Assembly (NCBI GenBank): GCA_964356875.1
Contig: CAYHIX010000002.1
Location: 1 to 42,510, forward strand
DNA: 42,510 nucleotides
DNA from: an uncultured Candidatus Saccharibacteria bacterium
GTDB lineage: Bacteria; Patescibacteriota; Minisyncoccia; Phycocordibacterales; UBA9973
Reading direction: 5' to 3'
In this document: positions 23,932-34,000 of the stretch, piece after piece
Layout of the letters: each line of letters opens with the position of its first letter
How positions within the stretch are numbered: the first letter of the stretch is position 1
Notes under the pieces: generated by a model
What the model saw: only the letters and a program-made list of their open reading frames with translations
Database searches by the model: none
What the model was told of the DNA's origin: nothing
Position numbers and translations under genes: made by a program

Positions 23932-24924
23932 TTAGTTTATTTTTTTCGGTTTGTAATCCTCGGGAGCAACTTTTAAATATTCTAGTATTTTTTCTTTCGA
24001 AAGTAATCCTTTTTGGGCGCCTATTTCTTGGACGACAGACATAGAGTTTATCGGTCCCCAGGTGAAGGCTTCGAGAGGTGAGAGGCCGAGTGCCAGCCCT
24101 GCAGTAAAGGTAGAAGAAAACGCATCTCCAGCACCGGTGCGCTCTTTTGGCGTTGCTATATCAGGGTATATTGGTAAATGCCATAATTCGTCATTATCAA
24201 AAATATAGGCACCATTTGGCCCATCACTGATGCAGATTATCTTTGGGCCGAGTGCTTTTAGGCCTTTTGATAGCACTAATAAATCCTTACTATTTACGCC
24301 CAAGATTTTCTCTGCTTCTTCCAAGTTGCAGAAAAATATTTCAGTGTTTACATAAATATCTTTCAAAGCTTCTGTGCCTAATTTGATTTGGAAAGTTCCA
24401 GGCTGGAAGGCGAGCTTTGTGTCAGGATGTGTTTTTAAAAATTCTGCAATTTCTAAATGATACGGCAGAGTGTTGTCAGCAAGTGAGCTCAAGTACATCC
24501 AAGAAACCTCGGGGAGGTTTGGAAGCTTGTAATCAAATTCTGTGTGCTTGATGAGAATAGTACGATCAACATCATACCAAAGCACGTAGTGGTAATTTGT
24601 TATTTTATTTTTTTCTATTGAAATAAAATCAGTTGAAATATTTTCTTTTTGTAATTGGTCGATACAATCTTGCCCGTGTTTATCATCACCAACATTTGAT
24701 ATGAGACCTACAGATAGTCCAAGACGGGAAGCAGACACTGCGGCATTTGGGCTGTTGCCAACTGCTGGGATTACGGTGACATCTTCGTAAGGAATTTTGT
24801 CACCAAAGCTCAGACAAAGCTCGCATGTGTTCGTATCTATTTTGCAATTAACATTTGCATCTTTTAATTTTATAAATGCGTCAATGACGACGTCGCCCAC
24901 TGCCAAAAAATCTATTTTTTCCAT
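23932..24924 (-). CDS. PfkB-family carbohydrate kinase
   Basis: The N-terminal AVGDVVID...GG..N motif region and the C-terminal TGAGDAFSSTFTAGLALG (PfkB signature 2). Confidence 0.85.
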   Translation of the reverse strand: MEKIDFLAVGDVVIDAFIKLKDANVNCKIDTNTCELCLSFGDKIPYEDVTVIPAVGNSPNAAVSASRLGLSVGLISNVGDDKHGQDCIDQLQKENISTDFISIEKNKITNYHYVLWYDVDRTILIKHTEFDYKLPNLPEVSWMYLSSLADNTLPYHLEIAEFLKTHPDTKLAFQPGTFQIKLGTEALKDIYVNTEIFFCNLEEAEKILGVNSKDLLVLSKGLKALGPKIICISDGPNGAYIFDNDELWHLPIYPDIATPKERTGAGDAFSSTFTAGLALGLSPLEAFTWGPINSMSVVQEIGAQKGLLSKEKILEYLKVAPEDYKPKKIN

Positions 24925-25039
24925 TACGAAATTATATCATAAAAAACATCCTAAAACTTATCCACAGTTTTGCCGAAAAAATCTTAAAAAAGCGTTCTTT
25001 TTGGATCAAAAAAATGTTAAAATTTAAAGGTAAATATAG

Positions 25040-28000
25040 ATGAAATTATATATCAAAAAATTTAGCGAAACTTTAGTCGCAAAGATGCTTTTTAGCGTTA
25101 GATTTTTTGTTGTTGTTTTGATAATTATTGCAAATGTTTTTTCCGCACAAACTCTTCACGCAACAGCAGGTATTCCGAAGCTTATAAATTTCCAAGGAAG
25201 ACTCATGGACAACACAGGTGCACTCCTCGGTACTTCTGGTGGGACAGATTACTGTTTTAAATTTTCTATTTATGATGCTACGACTGCCGGCACTAAAATT
25301 TGGCCAACCGCAGCACCGACTCCAGACACTCTTGTGGTAAGGACCGGAGTATTTGATGCGACCATCGGAGTAGCAGACACTCTTGATCTTGCTTTTACAG
25401 ATGATCAAGCTTTTGTGAACGTCGCAGTTTCTGCAAAATCAGGAACTTGTGATGTGGGAGAGACAGGTGAGTCTTACGAAACTCTTACTCCACGTCCGCA
25501 AATTGTTTCTTCTGCTTTCGCGATAAATTCTGGAACAGTTGGAGGATTCACTCCTGCACAATCTGCAACTAACAATCAAATCCCAGTACTTACTTCTGGT
25601 GCTATCGTCCTCGGCCATGCGACCACAGCCGGCCTCGCATCGACTGGATCAAATGCTTTGACCATCGACGCAGGAACTTCTGGGATTTTAAATTTAAATA
25701 ATACTTCGACTGGAAATATTTTACTCGGTGGCGGATCTCTCTCTACTGGTTGTACACTTACAAATACCACAGGAGCGTTTGCATGTACCGCTGGGCTTTC
25801 TGGAGTCGGCGTAAATGCTGGAGCTGGATTACTAGAAGGTCAACTCGGTCTTACAATTACCGGCGCTGCAGTGTCACTAAATGCATCAAGCAACTTTGAC
25901 GTAAACATCGCCACAGGAACTTCAACAGGAGACATCACTCTTGGTGGAGGTACTGCAGGACAACTCATCTCTATCAATTCTGACGACTGGGATATTTCTA
26001 CTGCGGGAGCGATGACGGGGATTTCCGGCATCGCCAACAACGGCGCGTACACACAAAGTGGAAGTAGTGCTAATGCATTTACTGGGGACTCCACCTTTAG
26101 TGGTTTCTTACGAGCAACTGGAGCGATAGCCGAATCTGCTCAATCTATTGATCGTATTGACATTGGAGTTAACTCAGGCACCCCTCGTATGGTATTTGAA
26201 GATAGCGGAAGTACTATTTGGCAGGTTGATAACTTTGCTGGAACGTTTCGTTGGTTTACACCTGGTCAAGAGCGTTTTACTCTTGATAGTAGTGGAAACG
26301 TTGATATTAAAACTGGAGGTTTGCGTTTTGCCGCAACTGAGGTTATTACTTCAGGCCGAGCTGCACAAAATTTAACCGGTGTTAGTTCTTCTGGTACCAT
26401 TGCTTTCTCTGGACTTTCTGCGAACGGACCCGTCTACACTTCTGGCGGTACTGGAACACTTACGACAACGGCTCCAACAAGTGGTGCTATTGGTTACTGG
26501 TCTCGAAGTGGCACTACTTTAGAAACAACCACAGCTAATGACATAGTTTTAATTGATACTACAAATACAACTGGAGCTGATCTTGCAATCACCAACACCG
26601 GCATCTACACAGGGACAGGTATCTTGAACCTTACTGCGAATAGTGCGACGACTGGGACACTGGCAAGCATCACTGGCAACGGCGTAACTACTGGCCAACT
26701 CTTTGCTATTGATGGCGGTAACGCTATGACTACAGGGTCAGTGCTTGGAGTAACAGGGACAACCTATGTTCATGGTGCAGAAACAGGTTCACTTGTTAGC
26801 TTGGCATTTACAGATGCAACTATCGCCGCAGTTACTTCTACAACAAATGGAATTTTGCTCTCTCCAACTATCAACGCTCCATCTGGTGCAGCAACCAGAA
26901 CTATAAACGGGATTTCTATAGCACCAGCTTTTACAGCTTGTACAGCTGGAACTTGTGCAGTCAATGGACTTAATATTGGAAACGTCACAGATGGAACTGG
27001 GTTTACAGGAATTGGTATCAAAGTTGGCACAGGTTGGGATACAGGGATTACGGCTCCTGGCACTGCAGCAAATAGCGAACGATTTGGTTTGGGTGCCACA
27101 GTGCCATCAGGTACCGGAGGTTTAGCATTTGGTTATGGTGCAACTGCTAATGCTTCCGGAGCAACATACCCAATAGCAATCGGATATAACTCTAGTGCCA
27201 CTGGACAGCAAAGTATTGTTGTAGGAGGGGCTTCTACGGCAGTAGGTAATGGAGATATCACAATAGGATCAAATGCAACATCTACGGCAAGTAACACCAT
27301 TGTCATTGGTACAAGTGCAGCCAGTACTTCAAATGAAGAAGTGTTAATAGGGGGTAGTGCGACAGGATATAACGCTGGTAACGGCTATTTAGTAGGTATC
27401 GGTCATAGTGTTGCTGCTACAGGTCAGTACAGTACAGCAGTTGGTTATGACTCCTCCTCTACTCATACAGGAGCGGTGGTACTCGGAGCTAGTACAATTT
27501 CTGGGGGTAACTATTCTATCGCATTAGGTACATCTGCGACAACCACTGCAGCGAATCAATTTGTTGCGGGAAGTAATGGAGCGCAAATCACTGATGTGTA
27601 TTTTAGTGAAGGTGTTACAAATGCAACACCACTAGCGTGGATTTTGAACGGAACTGGTGGATCTGGTACTGATATCGCTGGTGGTGATATTACAATCGCT
27701 GGTGGTAAAGGTACAGGTAACGCAGCTGGCGGTGATATTCTTTTCCAAACTTCTAATGCAGGGGCATCTAGCGCTACACTTCAAAGCTTGTCTACAAAAA
27801 TGATTCTTACAGAATTAGGTAGTGTCGGTATCGGCGATACTTCTCCTGCGGCATTATTTACAGTAGGTTCTGGTGATCTTTTCCAAATTGCATCTAATGG
27901 AAACTTAACTTCTGCAAACGCAGGCACATGGACATTTAGTAACGACACAGACTTCGTCTTAACTGGCGGCACTAACGGACTCTCTATAGACGGTACGACT

Positions 28001-31000
28001 TTCTCTGTAGACGGTTCTAATAATAGAGTGGGTATAGGCACCGCGGCACCAAGCACACCACTACATATATTAGTAGACAATGCTACCAATAACGACGTTA
28101 CTAATTTTATAACACTTACCCATACGACTTCTGGAACACCAGCAAACGGTATCGGTGCGGGAATTTTATTCCAAGCGGAAGATACAAATAGTGAAAATGA
28201 GCTCGCTGCATATATAAACGGAGCTCTTACAGGAGCTTCGCATGGATCTGAAACAGGATCACTTTCATTCTATACAAAGAAGGTTGGGGGATATTCAGCT
28301 ATGATATTTGATAGTGCTGCTAGGTTGGGTATAAACACTTCACCAAGCGGTGGAGCACAATTAGATATACTTAACGATAGTTCTGCAATTAATAATGGGA
28401 TCTTACTTACATCGACTGCTAGCGTAGGTGGTTCTCCTTACTACGGTTTAAATATTGATAGAAGCTCTGGAACTGCATCTACTGCTTATGGTATATATGT
28501 TAACGTCGCAAGTACTAGTACCAACATAGCCGCTCAATTATCAACAACTAATTCTGCTACGAATACTGCGAGCAGTGTTATGAATCTAATCAGCTTAACT
28601 TCTGGTACTGCTGCGAACAACATAGGTGCACAAATGAATTTCTATACAGAGGACGACAGTGGAGCAACCGAACTAGCAGCATCTATCGCAGGTATTTTGA
28701 CTAACGCAACTCATGGTGCGGAAGCTGGGGCATTGGTGTTAAGTACTAGAGCCGGAGAGGTGCTCAGACTTCTAAATAATGGCAATGCAGGGTTTGGTAC
28801 TACTGGCGCAGAAAACGCACTCGACATAAACTCTGCCACAGGAGCAAACTTGCAACTTACATACAATGATAGCAATGGATCTGCTGCGAACAAAGTAAAC
28901 CTTGGTACAACCGCAACAGGTGACTTAACCGTTGTTCCTTCTGGGGGAGATATGGGCCTCACTGGAGTTTTGTCTGTATCTTCCATTCTTCAAGTCGGCT
29001 CTGCAACACCAACGACATATTCAAGACTCGGTACAGCTACTACAAACAGAAGTCTAGATGCAGCGAATGATTTATTAATCTCTGACGATCTGGAAGTAGA
29101 AGATGATGCTTGGATCGAAGGGGATCTAACTGTTACAGGTACTTGTACTGGTTGTGGTGGCTCCACCTTCTCCGGTGAAGTAGACGATGCAACGAATGAT
29201 TCCTTAACTTTCACTTCCGACGATGCTTCAGCACCAGCTGGAACAGTGAACTCTATTTTCCGCGATAACACAGGTGACATGAACATCAACACTGTCACTG
29301 GTAAAACTTTGAATGTACAAATTGCTGGAACTGATGAATACAATTTCTCTGCATCCGCTCTCGCGATGAATTCTAACAATATCACCGGACTCGGCACTGA
29401 TATCACCGCTACTGCTGCACTTACTATTACTTCTACCGGTGCAAGTAACGATATAACCCTAACATCTGCCGACCAAATTATTTTAAACAGTACTGGCACT
29501 ATCGAACTACAAGATGCAACGAATGTAACTGGTAACGCCGATGTATCAGGAACCTTGTTTGCCGGCACAGGCGATGCATTCCAAGTTGCAACTTCTGGTG
29601 CTGTAACCGCAGTAGGCGTGAACTCTGGCGCTGGGCTTTTGCAAGGTGCACTTGGCCTCACTGTCACGGGAGCAGCAGTATCATTAAACGATTCACAGAA
29701 CTTCAATGTCACTATTGCTACAGGAACAAGCACAGGAGACATTACTCTTGGCGGTGGAACAGCTGGTCAATTAATCTCTATTAATTCTGATGACTGGGAT
29801 ATTTCTACAGCAGGTGCAATTACCAATGCAACCTACGAAGGCTTAACTATCACAGCTAATGGAACTAATACTCTAAACATTGCTGCAGGAAAAACTCTCG
29901 TCGTTTCTAACTCTATCACTCTAGCTGGTACAGACTCTACAGTTATGACTTTTCCAACCACTTCAGCGACTATCGCCCGTACTGATGCAGGTCAAACCTT
30001 CACAGGAGTTAATACTTTCACTTCTCCAAGGATCATCACCGATATTTCTGATACCAATGGAAATGAACTCTTTAAGTTTACAGCTACTGGTTCAGCAGTC
30101 AATGAACTTACTTTAGCAAACGCAGCTACTGGAGGCATAATTACTCTCGCTGCTACAGGCGGAGACACAGATGTAGAATTTAGAATTGATTCTAAAGGTG
30201 CAGACGCTCTTCATCTAAATGCTACAGCTACTGGATCCATCTTGTTTGCTGGAGGAAGCGGCTCTTCTGGTTGTACCATTACAACAAGTGGAGCACTAAC
30301 TTGTGATGGCAATATCACTGGTCCAGCTACGGGAAGTATTGGTTACTGGTCACGAAGTGGTACAACCCTAGAAACTACCACAGCAAATGATATCGTATTA
30401 ATAGATACTACAAATACTTCTGGAGCTGATCTAGCTATCACTAACACTGGAGTCTACACAGGAACAGGAGTGTTTAATCTTACTGCGAACAGTGCGACGA
30501 CTGGTGTTGTAGGACAGATCAATGCTAATGGTTTAACAACTGGAACAGCGTTAGACATTTCTTCTTCCGGAACTATTACTACTACCGGAGCACTTCTAAA
30601 CTTAACTGCCAACAGTGCCACTACTTCTACTGGTGTTATTCGAGCTTCTGCAACCGCACTTACAACTGGCTTCATGCAAGCTGCGACTCTTGGCACAGCG
30701 CTAACAACTGGTGGTTACTTAAATCTCACTGGCGCAAGTTATGCTCCGGCAGCTGGTGCTACTGGCAATTTGATTAATATTGCTTTCACAAATGCAGCTA
30801 CTAATGGTACCGGTTCTTCCACAGTAACCGGTATGAGTATTACTCCTACAGTTTCTAACAACGGTGCCGGTATTCAAGAAACTTATGGCATTTATGTACA
30901 AAATACAGCTGGCACTCCATCTACAGGCACCCAAAATACTTACGGTATGAGAATTGGTAATCAAGGCAGAAGTGGTGCTGAAGCTTCTTATGGTTTACTG

Positions 31001-34000
31001 ATAGATAATCAAAGCGGTTCCACCGCTAATACAGGTGCGTTAATTAGTGTTTCCGGGGCTAGTGAAGGTATACATATTGCTGGAACCACTTTGACCAGCG
31101 GCACAGGGTTATCTATTTCTGATACTGTTGTGCAATCTGGTTTATCTAGCTTTACTGGAAACTATATTGATATTAGTATGACCAGAATTAATGCTACTTC
31201 TGGGACAACTACAGACAGTGGAAAATATTTGAATGTTTCTAGAACAGGCAGCGGTGTTACAGGTGGAGCTTTTGCTATAACAGGTAATTTGGTTAATTTG
31301 GCGTCAACGTGTTCAAGTACATGTACAGATTCTGGGAAAATTTTGCAATTAACTCAAAGTTTTGCCACTGCGTCTGGGACAGTGTTGGGGATAGATGGAG
31401 CAGGTACTGGTAATTTGATTTCTGCTGATGCAACAGCTGCTACAGCCAACGGTGTATCTATAGATATTCAATCTTCGTCTTCGTCTCAATATGCTCTTAA
31501 CGTTACAACAAATAATGCTGGAACAAATGCTCTCTGGATTGGTGGTGATGGTAATTTAGGTATTGGTGATATAACCCCAGCGAATAAGCTAACCGTCACT
31601 GGCGCAGCATCGATATCTTCAGTCTTACAAGTTGGTCAGGAAACTGTGGCCGCATATTCTCGTCTTGGTGCTGGCACGACAACTCACACTATGGACGCAG
31701 CAAACGATCTTCTCATTTCCGACGACCTTGAAGTAGATGACGACGCTTGGATTGACGGTGACTTAACAGTCACCGGTACTTGTACTGGCTGTGGCGGCGG
31801 AGCTTTCTCCGGTGAAGTTGATGACACAACTAACGACTCTCTAACATTTACTTCCGACGACGCTTCAGCACCAGCTGGAACAGTGAACTCTATTTTCCGC
31901 GATAACACAGGTGACATGAACATCAACACTGTCACTGGTAAAACTTTGAATGTACAAATTGCTGGAACGGATGAATACAATTTCTCTGCTTCTGCTCTTG
32001 CGATGAATTCAAACAATATCACTGGGCTTGGTACAGCACTTACTGCAACAGCAGGGTTAACAGTAACTGCGACTGCTGCCAACTTGGCTTTAGTCACAGC
32101 AACCAGTGGCAACATCACCTTAGCCCCAGCTTCTACGGGTTCTGTTCAGATTACTTCTGGAGTAACGACAGGTACAGGGACTTCTTCAGGAGTATCAATA
32201 GTTGCTAACTCTCTTACTCAAGGAACTGGGCTGGATATTTCTTCAACTAGCTTGACCACGGGAACATTAGAAAAATTAACTCTTTCTGGGACGAGCGCTA
32301 TAGCTACAGCTGCAAGTAGTGGTTCAGCTTTGACTATTAGTTCTTCGGCGACAGGTTGGACAGGAGCAACTCAAACCCTTGCTGCGGTAACCTCAAGTGG
32401 ATCAAATTCTAACGCTAGTGTGGTGCTCCGTGGTCTAAGTAGTTCGGTCACAAACACAGCGACAACAAGCACAAATGTAGCAGGTTATTTTAATGCAAGT
32501 GGAGCGACTACAAACCTAGGATTAAATGTGGATGCAGGGCAGACTTTACTCGGCGGTACTACGCTGACCTCAGGTACACTTTCAAAGCTTAATATAGTAT
32601 CAACGATGGCTTCAAATGGTTCGACTACTGCCATAGCTGGTATTCATGGAGATTATACATTTAACAATGGAGGTACTGCAGGATATGTCCAAATTGGAAA
32701 TAGATTTGTATTCAATAACGCACCGACGACAAATTCAAATACTATGGTCGGAGAGACTATCAGAGTAGTAGACAATAGCGGTCTCGCAAACCTAGTCCGA
32801 GGTATTGATATTACTGCAAACGCTGGTAGTAATACTGCTGGTACAAACACAGGTATCAGGACGACGGCAGCTACATTTGGTATTCAAGCTATCATATCTA
32901 GTACTGCTGGAGGTGTAGCTATACCAGCTGCTATATATGGTGAAAATACAGGCACAACCAACGGAGACATACTTCGTCTTTACACTGGCTCTATGACTTC
33001 TGCTACATCTATGGCTCAGCTTTATCATGATACCTCTACATTTACAGGTGACGGATTGCTTATGGATATGGCAGTAAGCACTGGTACATTCTCAGGAAAC
33101 TTTATTAATCTCAAAAACGCGAGTGTGCTTAAATTTAAAGTCACCAGTGCTGGCGTAGTTAGTATGGGATTGTCTGCTACTGCATCTACAAATGCAGTTT
33201 GTTCTAGCTTAGCAAATGCTACTGGTCCGACTGCAGGTACTGCGTATGAGATCCGTGATTGTAACGCTGCCCCAGCCGCCGACTACGCCGAGATGTATCC
33301 AGTAGAAAGTGGAGTAGAATTTGGAGACATAGTAGCGACAGGAGATGTGATGATAAATACATATGACACTACAGATGGAAACATAGACTGGACTAAGCTA
33401 AAAGGTCAAATCACCAAACTTGAAAAATCTACAAAAGCTTATCAAGGCAACATCGTCGGTATAGTATCTGATAACTATGGAGACTTTACTTCTGCAGGAC
33501 ACAATATAAAAGATGCAGACAATCCTATGCCGGTAGCATTGAACGGACGTGTGCCTGTAAAAGTAGCTTCAACTTCAGAGCCGATAGTGGCTGGGGATTA
33601 TCTTACTACATCTGCTGATGAACCAGGTAAAGCAACAAAAGCAGTAAAAGCAGGGATAGTCATAGGTAAGGCTATAGCTCCATGGAATCCTGGGCAAGCT
33701 ACTGTCATGGTATATGTCGAGCAAGGTTATTATAACGGAGAGAGTTTGAGTAGCTTTGCTGGTATCACTATCACAGGTACAGCCGAAGACTCCGCTATGA
33801 TACTAGCGAAGTTTTTAGAAGAACAAGACAGCATAGGGTATGATGTGTCAGAAATACTTACAGATCGTCTCGCTGCAGGGCTCGAGATAATCACTCCAAG
33901 ACTTACAGCTTCAGAGATAGATACAGGAGTATTGAGAGTAGGAGAGAGTGCGACTTTCCCAGGGCTTACAATGCTAGCAGGTGAGGAAGATCTACCAGCG

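Noticed and set aside
24995-25023. Promoter for the first giant gene (TGtTAAAAT extended -10 at 25015-25023)
   Set aside because: This is not rejected outright, but it is too weak to list as a feature. The -35 region (TTCTTT) is poor, and such motifs are frequent by chance in AT-rich spacers.
28968-32034. Diversity-generating retroelement (template/variable repeat pair) as the explanation for the duplicated segments in the giant gene
   Set aside because: Differences between the copies involve all four bases, not adenine-specific substitutions. Both copies are in-frame coding parts of the same gene, and no reverse transcriptase is present in the window.
25800-32040. CRISPR array or non-coding tandem repeat
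   Set aside because: The repeats are 170-430 nt long, kilobases apart, diverged, and wholly inside a coding frame. There are no short regularly spaced direct repeats anywhere in the window, and no cas genes.
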